From an uncultured Gemmatimonadales bacterium (GTDB lineage Bacteria; Gemmatimonadota; Gemmatimonadetes; Longimicrobiales; RSA9), in NCBI GenBank assembly GCA_963783305.1, contig CAWAMW010000016.1, positions 739,491-803,490 of the forward strand: a stretch of 64,000 nucleotides of DNA. Reading direction: 5' to 3'. The position numbers and the translations under genes are program-made. This document shows positions 10,587-20,719 of this stretch, piece by piece (positions within the stretch are counted from its first letter, which is position 1; every line of letters starts with the position of its first letter). Below the pieces are notes generated by a model. The model searched no databases, was not told where the DNA came from, and saw only the letters and a list, made by a program, of their open reading frames with translations.

Positions 10587-13241
10587 ATGGCGCTCGAGGA
10601 ATACAACGAGAAGCGCGACTTCGGTCGGACACCGGAGCCGAGCGGCGCGTCCGCGCGCGGCGGTGGGAACGGCGGTCTGGAGTTCGTGATCCAGAAGCAC
10701 GACGCGTCGCACCTCCACTACGACTTCCGGCTGGAGCTGGACGGGGTGCTGAAGAGCTGGGCGGTGCCGAAGGGTCCGAGCCTCCGAACGGGGGTGAAGC
10801 GGCTGGCGATGGAGACGGAGGACCACCCCATGGGCTACGGCGGGTTCGAGGGTGTGATCCCGAAGGGTCAGTACGGCGGCGGGACCGTCATGCTCTGGGA
10901 CCGGGGCGAGTGGAAGCCGACCGGGGACCCGCGCAAGGACTACCGCCGGGGCCGGCTCCGGTTCCGGCTGGAGGGAGAGAAGCTCGGCGGCGAGTGGATC
11001 CTGACGCGGATGAAGAAGAAGCCGGGGGAGAAGAAGTCGAGCTGGCTGCTGATCAAGTCGGAGGACGAGGCGTCGCGGGGGGAGGACGAGCCGGACATCG
11101 CGGAGGAGAAGCCTCTGAGCGTGGCGACGGGTCGCGACCTGGACGCCATCGCGGCGGAGGAGGACCGGGTCTGGAACAGCGATCGGGCGTCGGATGGGAA
11201 GCGGGCGTCGAGCGGAGGCGACGGCGAGTCGAGCGGCGAGGGTCCCGGGTCGTCCGCCGGGGCCGCCGCGCCCGTGCGGCCGGAGGGTGTGGAGGGGAGC
11301 CGGGCGGGGAAGACGCCGGAGCGGCCGAAGGCGCAGCTGGCGAAGCTGGTGTCGGACGCCCCGACCGGCGACGACTGGGTGCACGAGCTGAAGTTCGACG
11401 GCTACCGGATCCTGGCGCGGGTGGAGGACGGCGCGGCGCGACTGATCACCCGGAACGGCAAGGACTGGACGGAGCAGTTCCCGGGCGTCGCGGAGGCGCT
11501 CTCGGAGCTGGCGTGCGAGTCGGCGGTGGTGGACGGCGAGGTGGTGGTGCTGGACGCGGACGGGCGGACGAGCTTCCAGCTGCTCCAGAACTCGCTGTCC
11601 GGAGCCCGGGCGGGCACACCGCTCTTCTTCGGCTTCGACCTGCTCCACCTGGACGGGCGAGACCTGACGAAGGCGACGCTGGTCGACCGGAAATCGCTGC
11701 TCCGGCCGCTCCTGGCGGGCGCCCCCGTGGACCGGGTGCGGTACAGCGACCACGTCCGCGGGATGGGCCCGGCATTCTTCGAGCGCGCCTGTCGGATGGG
11801 AGTGGAGGGGATCATCTCCAAGCGGGCGGATTCGCCGTACCGGGCGGGGCGCGGTGGGGACTGGCTGAAGGTGAAGTGCACCGCGCGGCAGGAGTTCGTG
11901 GTGGTGGGCTACACGGAGCCGTCGGGCTCGAGGGTGGGGCTCGGGGCGCTCCTGCTGGGGGTCCACGACAACGAGGGCAGGCTGGTGTACGCGGGGAAGG
12001 TGGGAACGGGGTTCACCGACCGCACACTCCTGGAACTGCAGGAGCGGCTGACGAGGCTGGAGCGGAAGGCGGCCCCGGTGGAGGATCCGCCGCGGGGATA
12101 CAAGGTCCGTGGGGTCCACTGGGTCGACCCGGAGCTGGTGGCGGAGATCGAGTTCACGGAGTGGACGGACGATGGAAAGGTGCGGCACCCGTCGTTCCAG
12201 GGGCTGCGGGAGGACAAGAAGGCGGAGGACGTGGTCCGGGAGGCGGGGGGAGACGGAACCGGAGCGGCGGCCTCGGGTCGGGGCCGGGGGTCCGGCGGCG
12301 AGCACCGCAGCGGCGGTGGGGAGGCGAGCATGGCGAGGATCGAGGACAGGGGCGACGAGCTGCGAGTGGCGGGCGTGCGGATATCGAGTCCCGACAAGGT
12401 GCTATGGGAAGCGCAGGGAGTGACCAAGCGGGAGCTGGTGGAGTACTACCTCGCGGTGGAGGAGGTCGTGCTGCCGCGACTGGTGGACCGGCCCCTGACG
12501 CTGGTTCGGTGCCCGTCGGGCGCGGAGGAGAAGTGCTTCTTCCAGAAGCACGCGGGCGACACCGTCCCGGAGGTCGTGCCACGCGTGCCGATCAGCGAGG
12601 AGAAAGAGCCGGAGCTGTACATGTACGTGGATGGGATGCCATCGCTGCTGACGCTGGTGCAGCTCGGGGTGCTGGAGTTCCACATCTGGGGCTCGAGGCG
12701 TGACCGGCTGGACCGGCCGGACCGGCTGGTGTTCGACCTGGACCCGGACGAGGCGCTGCCGTTCGGGCGCATCGCCGCCGCCGCGCTCCAGCTCCGTGAC
12801 CTGCTCGCCGAGCTCGGCCTCCAGAGCTGGCCGAAGAGCAGTGGCGGCAAAGGCCTTCATGTGGTGGTTCCCATCACCCGGCGGAACGACTGGGAGGAGG
12901 CGAAGTCCTTTACCCGTGCGGTCGCTCGCCGCATGGTTGCAGACGACCCGGACGCCTTCACGGCCACCATGTCGAAGAGCCAGCGCGGCGGCCGCATCTT
13001 CGTGGACTACCTCCGCAACGCGCGCAACTCGACGGCCATCGCGGAGTACTCGACGCGCTCTCGGCCCGGGGCGCCCGTGGCGGTGCCGCTCACGTGGGAC
13101 GAGGTGAACCCCAGGGCCAGGAAGGCGCCCGTGTTCACGATCCGCGATGTTCCCGACCGCGTGCGCGAGATCGGGGATCCGTGGCAGGGATTCGATGAGG
13201 TCCGGCAGAGCATTACGAAGGCCGCGCTGGCCGCACTCTAG
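10587..13241 (+). CDS. ligD: Multifunctional NHEJ DNA ligase D (phosphoesterase-ligase-polymerase)
   Basis: PE: QKHDASHLHYDFRLE; ligase: ELKFDGYR, EGIISKR, WLKVK; Pol: FDLDP, KSSGGKGLH, DYLRN. Confidence 0.96.
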   Translation: MALEEYNEKRDFGRTPEPSGASARGGGNGGLEFVIQKHDASHLHYDFRLELDGVLKSWAVPKGPSLRTGVKRLAMETEDHPMGYGGFEGVIPKGQYGGGTVMLWDRGEWKPTGDPRKDYRRGRLRFRLEGEKLGGEWILTRMKKKPGEKKSSWLLIKSEDEASRGEDEPDIAEEKPLSVATGRDLDAIAAEEDRVWNSDRASDGKRASSGGDGESSGEGPGSSAGAAAPVRPEGVEGSRAGKTPERPKAQLAKLVSDAPTGDDWVHELKFDGYRILARVEDGAARLITRNGKDWTEQFPGVAEALSELACESAVVDGEVVVLDADGRTSFQLLQNSLSGARAGTPLFFGFDLLHLDGRDLTKATLVDRKSLLRPLLAGAPVDRVRYSDHVRGMGPAFFERACRMGVEGIISKRADSPYRAGRGGDWLKVKCTARQEFVVVGYTEPSGSRVGLGALLLGVHDNEGRLVYAGKVGTGFTDRTLLELQERLTRLERKAAPVEDPPRGYKVRGVHWVDPELVAEIEFTEWTDDGKVRHPSFQGLREDKKAEDVVREAGGDGTGAAASGRGRGSGGEHRSGGGEASMARIEDRGDELRVAGVRISSPDKVLWEAQGVTKRELVEYYLAVEEVVLPRLVDRPLTLVRCPSGAEEKCFFQKHAGDTVPEVVPRVPISEEKEPELYMYVDGMPSLLTLVQLGVLEFHIWGSRRDRLDRPDRLVFDLDPDEALPFGRIAAAALQLRDLLAELGLQSWPKSSGGKGLHVVVPITRRNDWEEAKSFTRAVARRMVADDPDAFTATMSKSQRGGRIFVDYLRNARNSTAIAEYSTRSRPGAPVAVPLTWDEVNPRARKAPVFTIRDVPDRVREIGDPWQGFDEVRQSITKAALAAL

Positions 13242-13285
13242 CGGACTGGCCGGCCCGGTCGGGGAGACACGGAAGAAGGGGAGCT

Positions 13286-13816
13286 ATGGTGCAGAGGGTG
13301 GGGCGTCATGTGACCGGTGGGGACGAGCCGGAAGGTGAGCGGCTTGAGCGGGAGCGGAAGGAGCGATTGCGGGAGGCGCTCTCGTACTGGGCGACCGGCG
13401 TCACGATCCTGGCGGTTCGGGAGCGGGCGGGTGGACGGATCCACGCGCTGACCGTCAGCGCGTTCATGCCGCTGTCCATCGATCCTCCCCTCGTGATCGT
13501 GAGCCTCGGAGCGAACGCGTCGGCGCTGCCCTATCTGGAGAAGGGTGGTGGGTTCACGATCAGCATGCTCGGCAGCGACCAGAAGGGAATCGCTTCCCGC
13601 TACGCTGACACGTTTCCGGTTGGACCGTCACCGTTCCCGGCGACGGGAGCGCCGCGGGTGGCGGGCAGCGCGGCGGCGGTGGTGTGCGAGGTGGACGAGA
13701 TGCTGGTGCGGGGGGACCACACGGTGGTGGTCGGGAGGGTGGTGGAGGCCAGCACGAGCGATGCCGAATCCGCTCTGGCCTACTTCCGCCGGGCGTACCA
13801 CAGCATCGGCGGTTGA
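13286..13816 (+). CDS. Flavin reductase family protein
   Basis: ATGVTIL, SIDPPLV, GDHTVVVG. Confidence 0.9.
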   Translation: MVQRVGRHVTGGDEPEGERLERERKERLREALSYWATGVTILAVRERAGGRIHALTVSAFMPLSIDPPLVIVSLGANASALPYLEKGGGFTISMLGSDQKGIASRYADTFPVGPSPFPATGAPRVAGSAAAVVCEVDEMLVRGDHTVVVGRVVEASTSDAESALAYFRRAYHSIGG

Positions 13817-13832
13817 GCTCGACTACGCCGGT

Positions 13833-14270
13833 TCAATCGGCGTCGGGACGGGCGGGCGCGCCGAGCTCGGCGAGCGTCGTGTTGCGCAGGGGCTCCCAGA
13901 CTCGGTTGGATACGCGCTTCCACCGGCCGTGGAGGGCGCAGGGCGTGCGGTCGGAGCAGCGGGTGTTGTCGATGAGGCACATGTCCTTGGGTGCGGGGTC
14001 ATCGACGATCTGGATGATGCGCGCGAGGGTGAGCTCCCTGGGGTCCATGGCGAGGCGGAACCCGCCGGTGGGACCGCGTCGGCTGGAGAGGACTCCGGCG
14101 GAGGCGAGTGCGTGGAGGGTCTTGCTCATGTAGTTGGGGGGCGCACCGAGGGTCTCGGCAATATCTGATGCCTTGCTCGCCTCGGGTCCGTGCGAGGCGA
14201 GATACAGGAGTGCTCGGACGGCGTGCTCCGCGGTCCGGGACATGAATCGGGGTGCGTCCGTTCTGGGCAT
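13833..14270 (-). CDS. Rrf2 family transcriptional regulator (3 Cys, likely Fe-S binding)
   Basis: AEHAVRAL, SRRGPTGGFRL, CLIDNTRCSDRTPCALH. Confidence 0.92.
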   Translation of the reverse strand: MPRTDAPRFMSRTAEHAVRALLYLASHGPEASKASDIAETLGAPPNYMSKTLHALASAGVLSSRRGPTGGFRLAMDPRELTLARIIQIVDDPAPKDMCLIDNTRCSDRTPCALHGRWKRVSNRVWEPLRNTTLAELGAPARPDAD

Positions 14271-14324
14271 GGCGGTAAAAGTAACGTGCGGTGCGCCGGC
14301 CCGCACGGGTGGGCGGGGCCGCCC

Positions 14325-16031
14325 TCAGAGCAGGCGCTGCTCTTCCTCATACGGGAAGAAGTCCACCACCTCGCCGGCGCGCTGGCGCTCCTGCATCGAG
14401 CGCCACCAGGCGGGGTCGAAAAGCTCCGGGTAGGCCTCCTGGAGAGTATGCCGAAGAGGTCCGGCGGGCCCGAGGAAGGCGCGCCACTCCTCCGGGAAGA
14501 CATCGTCCGGGCCCACGTAGAAATGGGGCGACTCGTCGAACTCCGCCTCCGGGTACGCGGCCTGCGGCATGCTGCGGAAGTTGCAGCGGGTAAGGGGGGC
14601 CACCTCGTCGTAGTCGTAGAAGATCACCCGACCATGGCGGGTGACGCCGAAGTTCTTGATCAGCATGTCGCCGGGGAAGATGTCGGCGGCAGCGAGGTCC
14701 TTGATGGCCTGACCGAACTGGAGCGTGGCCCTGCGCGCCTGTTCCGGCTCGACGTCGTCCAGATAGAGATCGAGGGGGCGAACGCGGCGCTCGACGTAGA
14801 GGTGCTCGATGATCACCGTGTCGTCTTCGAGGGTAGCCGTCCGAGAGGCGTTGTCCAGGAGCTCCCGGAGTACGGGGGGGTCGAAGCGCTCGCGGGGGAG
14901 CTCGAGCCGCTCGAATTCCTGCGCGTCGGCGAGACGACCCACGCGGTCCCGGACGAAGATCATGCCGTAGTTGCGCTTCACGCGCTGGGGCGTGGTCTTC
15001 TTGGGGTGTCCGAACTGGTCGCGGATGACCTTGAAGACGACGTTCAGGCCGGGCAGCGTAAAGACAATCATGACGAGCCCTTCCTTGCCGGGCGTAAACT
15101 GGAACCGGGCCTCGGGCTCGCTCAGGTGCTGACGCAGGGTGCGGTAGAACTCGGTCTTGCCGTGGCGATTGAAGCCAATGGCGGTATAGAGCTCATCGAC
15201 GCGCTTCAGGGGCATGATGGAGCGGAGGAAGTCGATGGTGGGGCGTGGGGCACCGACATCGGCGTGGAGGTAGGAGCGGGTGAAGCCGAAGACCACGCTG
15301 GCCTGGTCGGAAGTGGTGAGGACGGCATCGAGGATAACGCCGCGGTCGGGGTGGAGGAGGGCGAGGGCGAGGGGAACGGTCTCGTGACCGCGGACGAGGC
15401 GTCCCACGAGGTACGCGGCCTTGTTGCGATAGAAGAGGGGCCGTAGGAGCTGGAGGGTGGCGCCGGCCCATTCGTCGTCGGGGCCGAGATCGCGGTGGAG
15501 GCGTCGAGCGGCGCGGGCGGCGTCGCGGTCGCGGTCGTCCCAGGGGGCGTCGAGGGGAACGGAATCCAGGACGTGGTTCAGCATGGCCTGGAATCCGTGG
15601 GCGAGAGAGATTTCCCTCCAGGGTGCGGGTCCCGGGCTGGGGTCATCGACGTCATCGCCCACGAACTCAATGGCGGGGTCGACGCCGATGGTCCCGAAGA
15701 GGCGGCGAACGACGGAGTTGTAGAACGTTTCGGCCACCTCGGCGTCGTCGCGGCCGCGGGCCCATTCGGCGAACGCGGCGCGGGAGCGGGCGGGGTCATC
15801 GGGGAGGCCGTCGGGTGCGAGCTGCTTCCGCACCTCGGCGAGGGTCTCGTGGATGACGACGTCGTAGAGCAGGATCCTCTGGCGTGCGTCCTCCTGGCCC
15901 TCGGTCCAGGCGCGGGTCTCGAAGCGTCGGCGTGCGTGCTGAGTGACGTCGCGGAAGCGGCGGACGAAGTCGTGATAGCCGACGACGACGGCGTGCGCCA
16001 GGCGCTCGGGGCCCGTGGTTTCGCCGGTCAT
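14325..16031 (-). CDS. aceK: Isocitrate dehydrogenase kinase/phosphatase
   Basis: AETFYNSV, FYRNKAAY, FGFTRSY, PGKEGLVM, FPGDMLIKNFGVTRHGRVIFYDYDE. Confidence 0.96.
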   Translation of the reverse strand: MTGETTGPERLAHAVVVGYHDFVRRFRDVTQHARRRFETRAWTEGQEDARQRILLYDVVIHETLAEVRKQLAPDGLPDDPARSRAAFAEWARGRDDAEVAETFYNSVVRRLFGTIGVDPAIEFVGDDVDDPSPGPAPWREISLAHGFQAMLNHVLDSVPLDAPWDDRDRDAARAARRLHRDLGPDDEWAGATLQLLRPLFYRNKAAYLVGRLVRGHETVPLALALLHPDRGVILDAVLTTSDQASVVFGFTRSYLHADVGAPRPTIDFLRSIMPLKRVDELYTAIGFNRHGKTEFYRTLRQHLSEPEARFQFTPGKEGLVMIVFTLPGLNVVFKVIRDQFGHPKKTTPQRVKRNYGMIFVRDRVGRLADAQEFERLELPRERFDPPVLRELLDNASRTATLEDDTVIIEHLYVERRVRPLDLYLDDVEPEQARRATLQFGQAIKDLAAADIFPGDMLIKNFGVTRHGRVIFYDYDEVAPLTRCNFRSMPQAAYPEAEFDESPHFYVGPDDVFPEEWRAFLGPAGPLRHTLQEAYPELFDPAWWRSMQERQRAGEVVDFFPYEEEQRLL

Positions 16032-16642
16032 TCGAGCAGCCGGTTCAGGGCCCCGCGGAGGGCCGGCTCGGCGTAGAATCCTTCGACTCGCCGGACGATC
16101 CGCCCCTCGCGGTTGATGAGCAGCGAAGTGGGTAGGACATTGGCGCCGCCGTACGCCCGGACCATCTCACCGGTGGGGAAGGCGATGGGGTACGTGATGT
16201 CCCGGTCCCGGACCCAGCGCTCCACCATGCCGCGGTCGCCACGGTCGACCGAAAGGCCGAGGATGAGCACGCCCCGATCGCGGTAGTCTTCCCAGACATC
16301 CTGGAAGCCGGGCATCTCGAGGCGGCAGGGGGGGCACCAGGTGGCCCAGAAGTTGACGAGTACCACGCGTCCTTCCAGCTCCGACAGGCGGATCGTTTCG
16401 CCGTCGAGGGTGGTGACGGAGAACTCAGGGGCGGGCAGGTCGGTGTCGCCGATCCCGATGGCGGCGCCCACCTGGGGGCCGAAGCGCCAGACCAGGACCC
16501 CGAGGACGGCGACCCAGAGGGCGATGTCGAGAGCGCGCTTCCACCCCGCGCGCGGGGGCTCGCCCGAGCCGCGATCGGCGGGGCCCTTCGGGTGGTCGCG
16601 GGGCGGCTCGTGCTCGGCTGTGGGTGGTCGGGTCATGGACAT
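16028..16642 (-). CDS. TlpA family disulfide reductase, membrane anchored
   Basis: VNFWATWCPPC; N-terminal TM helix. Confidence 0.92.
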   Translation of the reverse strand: MSMTRPPTAEHEPPRDHPKGPADRGSGEPPRAGWKRALDIALWVAVLGVLVWRFGPQVGAAIGIGDTDLPAPEFSVTTLDGETIRLSELEGRVVLVNFWATWCPPCRLEMPGFQDVWEDYRDRGVLILGLSVDRGDRGMVERWVRDRDITYPIAFPTGEMVRAYGGANVLPTSLLINREGRIVRRVEGFYAEPALRGALNRLLE

Positions 16643-16709
16643 AGTCTAATCGGCCCCGACCGGGCGCGCCGGTGGGTGGTTGCACAGGTCTTGCCGCCTG
16701 TCGAGCGCG

Positions 16710-17045
16710 ATGAGCAATCGAGACCGTATGGACCGTGCGCGCCGGGAGCACCTGGAGGCGGAGCTCCGACGGGCGCTGGAGAAGGTGGGGGCGACGGAGC
16801 GAGTGATCGATTCCGTGATGGCGGCGGGGTGCCGTCTGGACGGAGTGGGCGCCATGGGGGTGAGCGAGGAGCTGGCGTCGGCCAATGCCCGGCTGAGCAC
16901 GCGCGTCCGCGAAGTGGCCGGGGCGCTGGACCGGCTGGACCGGGGCATGTACGGGCACTGCGCGAGGTGCGAGGAGCGGATCGACGCCGAACGGCTGGAT
17001 CTGCTCCCCACGACCACGCTGTGCCGCGAATGTGCCGCCATGTAG
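16710..17045 (+). CDS. TraR/DksA C4-type zinc finger protein
   Basis: GMYGHCARCEERIDAERLDLLPTTTLCREC. Confidence 0.85.
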   Translation: MSNRDRMDRARREHLEAELRRALEKVGATERVIDSVMAAGCRLDGVGAMGVSEELASANARLSTRVREVAGALDRLDRGMYGHCARCEERIDAERLDLLPTTTLCRECAAM

Positions 17046-17054
17046 GGGACCCGC

Positions 17055-17501
17055 CTAGCGGATCTCGACCAGCTCGACGTCGAACGTCAGGGCCTTGCCG
17101 GCCAGCGGGTGATTGAGGTCGAGCTTGATCGACTCGTCATCGACGTCCTGGATGGTGGCCACGCGGTTCTGACCGGGTGCCACCTGTACCTGCACCTGCT
17201 GGCCCACCGCAGGCTCCGCTTCCGCCGGGAACTGGCTCCGCTCCACGTCCACGACCATGTCCTCACGCGGGTCGCCATACGCCTCCTCGGGCTCCAGACG
17301 GACCTCGCGACTCTCGCCGATCTCGAGACCCTGGACCGCCCGATCGAAGCCGGGGATGACCTGCCCGCCCCCTACCTGGAACTCAAGCGGGTCGCGGCCC
17401 TTCGAGCTGTCGAAGACCTCGCCGTCGTCCAGCTTGCCCGTGTAGTGCACTGCTACGGTGTCGCCCTGCTGCGCCTTCTGCGCCACGTGATTTTCCTCCA
17501 T
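17055..17501 (-). CDS. FKBP-type peptidyl-prolyl isomerase (SlyD/SlpA-like)
   Basis: VHYTGKL..FDSS, PEEAYG, DLNHPLAGKALTF. Confidence 0.93.
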   Translation of the reverse strand: MEENHVAQKAQQGDTVAVHYTGKLDDGEVFDSSKGRDPLEFQVGGGQVIPGFDRAVQGLEIGESREVRLEPEEAYGDPREDMVVDVERSQFPAEAEPAVGQQVQVQVAPGQNRVATIQDVDDESIKLDLNHPLAGKALTFDVELVEIR

Positions 17502-17606
17502 TTGTCCTATGATCGGGGACGACTGGCTGCCGCCCCGTGTGGTGGCCTACACGCCAGTGCACGAGCCGTTCCGGGCGGGTGGCCGGGGATTCCCGATCGC
17601 CCCGCG

Positions 17607-18695
17607 TCACTGGGGCCGGTCATCGACGAGGACGACATCGTGGTCGCGGAGCGACGCCAGGAACGGGCCGGGATCCACGAGCTGCGAGGGGGCGAGGACG
17701 CCCGTGGGGGCGCCGGACTCCATGGCGCGGCGGGCGCCCGCCAGGGCGGCCACGGCCGTGATGCCGTACGGGTCCCGACCGCGCACTTCGAGGGCGCGCT
17801 CGCGACCGTCCGCGTCCACCAGCTCGACCCGGATGGTGAAGCGGCTGGCGTGCCGCTGCTCGGGCGTCGGGTCGTCGGCGCGGGTGGCCAGCTTCTCGAG
17901 GATGGGCCGGAGGACCGGGACCAGGAGCGGGAGCGCCGGCGCCATCAGCGGGATCACGCGCGCCATGGCGGGACCCATGACGAGCCAGCCGCGGACGTCC
18001 TGCACGTCCACGTAGCGGGGCGCCGTCACCACCTCGCCCGACGGGAACGCCACCGCGCTGAGACGGCGGCCGGAGCCCAGACGGACCGTCCGATGACCCG
18101 CGCCGAGGGCGGTGCGGCCGAACTGGCCGTCCTCACGGGTCCAGCCCTTCTGGCCGAGCATGCCGATGACCGTGCGCCGCGTGCCTCGTGAGCTGGCGGA
18201 GCCGCCCCACGCGTAGATGACGTCGGCGGACCGGAGTGGCGTGGTGAGCCCCTCCGCACCGACGGCCAGGGCGCAGTCGCCGAGCGCGTACTCGAAGGCC
18301 ATGGCGTTCACCACCGCCACACCGGCCGCCTCGGCCGCCTCGTGGTACGTCTCATGGATGTGGTGCACGAAGGGCTGCTCGCCGGTGGTGTCGAGGTAGT
18401 GGGCGCCGATTTCGATGCACGCAGCGACCACCGGCTCGCCCAGCTCGGTGAAGGGGCCGGCCGTGTTGATCACCGCGTCTCCCGGTCGGATGAGGCGATG
18501 GAGCGATGCGCGGTCCGTGACGTCGACCACCTGCGGCGTGGCGCCCTGGAGCTCCGCGGTCAGGCGCTTGAGCCGCTCGGCGTCCCGGCCGGCCACGACA
18601 AACGGCGAGTCCCCGCCGGAAAGGGCGCGGGCGATCAGGCCGCCCGTGAACCCGGTCGCCCCGATGATCACGAGGGTGGGGGTGTCTCTGCTCAT
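17607..18695 (-). CDS. Saccharopine dehydrogenase-like NAD(P)-binding oxidoreductase
   Basis: GATGFTG, INTAGPF, HYLDTTGE. Confidence 0.88.
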   Translation of the reverse strand: MSRDTPTLVIIGATGFTGGLIARALSGGDSPFVVAGRDAERLKRLTAELQGATPQVVDVTDRASLHRLIRPGDAVINTAGPFTELGEPVVAACIEIGAHYLDTTGEQPFVHHIHETYHEAAEAAGVAVVNAMAFEYALGDCALAVGAEGLTTPLRSADVIYAWGGSASSRGTRRTVIGMLGQKGWTREDGQFGRTALGAGHRTVRLGSGRRLSAVAFPSGEVVTAPRYVDVQDVRGWLVMGPAMARVIPLMAPALPLLVPVLRPILEKLATRADDPTPEQRHASRFTIRVELVDADGRERALEVRGRDPYGITAVAALAGARRAMESGAPTGVLAPSQLVDPGPFLASLRDHDVVLVDDRPQ

Positions 18696-18725
18696 GCGCC
18701 TGCTCCTTCGGTGGTAGGGCGGGAT

Positions 18726-18758
18726 GAGAAACGGCCGCCTCCCGTGGGGAAGCGGCCG
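18726..18758 (-). terminator. Probable intrinsic terminator of the cold-shock gene
   Basis: CGGCCGCTTCCC/GGGAGGCGGCCG stem followed by TTTCTC on the minus strand. Confidence 0.55.
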
Positions 18759-18785
18759 CCTCACGACCGAAACGCGGTCAACGTG

Positions 18786-18992
18786 TCAGGCCGGGATGAC
18801 GTTCTCCGCCGCCGGACCCTTCTGGCCCTGGACGATATCGAACTCGACCCGTTGGCCCTCGGCGAGGGTCTTGAAGCCCTCCATCTGAATGGCGCTGTGA
18901 TGGACGAAGCAGTCCTTGCTGCCGTCCTCGGGCTCGATGAAACCGAAGCCCTTCTGGTCGTTGAACCACTTTACGGTTCCGGTGGTACGCAT
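18786..18992 (-). CDS. Cold-shock protein (CspA family)
   Basis: [30 protein letters not shown]. Confidence 0.97.
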   Translation of the reverse strand: MRTTGTVKWFNDQKGFGFIEPEDGSKDCFVHHSAIQMEGFKTLAEGQRVEFDIVQGQKGPAAENVIPA

Positions 18993-19180
18993 ACTACCGT
19001 ACTCCCTCTGGTGTTCTGGTGCTCGCGAGGCCGGTATCTCCGTACCACTCATCGATCACCGTTACGACGCGGATATCACGCCCCGCGGACCTGGCGGGCG
19101 ACCCGCTGCGTGCCTGCCGCAGGCGAGCGCCACGGGCAATATTATGCGTGAGTGCGCGAGGGTCAACTAATGGGCGCGCC

Positions 19181-19330
19181 TGCGGCTCGCGGAGGGCGAG
19201 CCTTGCGGCTCGCGGGGGGCGAGCCTTGCGGCTCGCGGAGGGCGAGCCTTGCGGCTCGCGGAGGGCGAGCCTTGCGGCTCGCGGAGGGCGAGCCTTGCGG
19301 CTCGCGGAGGGCGAGCCTTGCGGCTCGCGG
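19181..19330. repeat. Tandem repeat, 23-nt palindromic unit TGCGGCTCGCGGAGGGCGAGCCT, 6.5 copies
   Basis: 23-nt period; internal GGCTCGC/GCGAGCC inverted repeat. Confidence 0.95.
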
Positions 19331-19567
19331 GGGGGAACGCCTCGTCCGCGTGAAGCGCCCTCTTTCTCGCGCGTGGTGCCGTAGCGCGTCGTGCCTTTCC
19401 GTCGATTCACCGACGTCAATCCGGCACTGCCGACCGTTCAACGTGCCGTTCCCCGATATACCCCGGTGGGCGAGGTGGAATCGACGCGGGAGCCGGGAGC
19501 TCGGTCGGTCTGACGATTTTTCGTCGTATAGCGGGGACAACTCGCCAGCGACGCCTTCCGGGTCGCG

Positions 19568-20719
19568 TCAGCGGGCCTCTTCCCGCTCCACTCGGATGCC
19601 GCGCTCGGCGAGGTGACGGAGGACCCAGTCGAGGGCGCCATCGGTTGCGCCGACGAGCTCGGGGGGGGAAATGCCGGGTTCGCGGTAGTGGCCGGCGAGG
19701 ACGAAGCGTGCGATGGCGGTTGCGGTGTAGCCGGTGGTCCGGGCCATGGAGGAGACATCGGTCTCGGGGTCATACCGGTCGAGGAGGCGCAAGGTGTGAC
19801 GCACCGGGCCGTCCTGGTCCTCGCCCTCGACGATCACGCGCATGATGGTGAGGTCGGGCTCGCCCGGATCATAGCGCCAGGCGTCGAAGAGGAGGTGGGC
19901 GGAGAGGTCGAGGGGGGCGATGGTGCCGCCGCGGGTCTCGATTTCCGATTCAGAGAAGAAGCCGGTCTCCCGCAGGAGGCGGATACGGTCGGCGTGGCCG
20001 GGCCAGCGCATGGTCTTCTCCACGAGGTCGGGCGTGCGGCTGGTGGCGAGGAGGGTGCGGAGGCCGTCGGTGTTGAAGGCTTCCAGGCGACCCAGGCCCG
20101 GGAAGTCCACGAGTTCCACCTCGCTCAGAGCGGGGAGCGTGACGGTCTCACCGCCACGGCGGAGGCGTGCCGGGCGGGTGTACTCGGCGATGACGTCGAT
20201 GGGTGAGAACGGCGCCTTGTACTCCCACGGCTGCTGCGGCTCGGCGGGGATGCCGCCCACGAGGCATTCGAAGCGGGTGGTGCGCTCCAGCCGGGTCTCC
20301 AGGTCCCCGAGGATGAGGTTGCTGAGACCGGGCGCGACGCCCGCGTCCACGATGGCGACACGGCCGCGCTCCCGGGCCAGGTCGTGGAGAGCGAAGGCGT
20401 CCTCCTCGAAGAAGGAGATGTCCACGAGGTCGACTCCGGCGGAGAGGACCCGCCGGGCGGTCTCGAATCCCATGGGTCCCGGGACGGCACCGATCACCAG
20501 GTCCTGTCCGTCGAGCGCGCTGGCCAGGCTGCGGGAGTCGGAGAGGTCGAGGGGGAGCACGCGCACGGAGGAGCCATCGGCGCTGGCTCGCTCCTGGAGC
20601 GCGGCGAGGGCTTCCCGGCTCGCGTCCGCCGCAGTCACCGTCAGGTCCTCATCCCGCGCCAGGTCCCGCGCCATTGCCGCGCCCACGCGCCCCGCACCGA
20701 GTACGACCACTGAAGGCAT
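19568..20719 (-). CDS. Saccharopine dehydrogenase / lysine 6-dehydrogenase family protein
   Basis: VLGAGRVG, DAGVAPGLSN, EAFNTDGLRTL, EKTMRWPGH, SSMARTTGY. Confidence 0.9.
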   Translation of the reverse strand: MPSVVVLGAGRVGAAMARDLARDEDLTVTAADASREALAALQERASADGSSVRVLPLDLSDSRSLASALDGQDLVIGAVPGPMGFETARRVLSAGVDLVDISFFEEDAFALHDLARERGRVAIVDAGVAPGLSNLILGDLETRLERTTRFECLVGGIPAEPQQPWEYKAPFSPIDVIAEYTRPARLRRGGETVTLPALSEVELVDFPGLGRLEAFNTDGLRTLLATSRTPDLVEKTMRWPGHADRIRLLRETGFFSESEIETRGGTIAPLDLSAHLLFDAWRYDPGEPDLTIMRVIVEGEDQDGPVRHTLRLLDRYDPETDVSSMARTTGYTATAIARFVLAGHYREPGISPPELVGATDGALDWVLRHLAERGIRVEREEAR

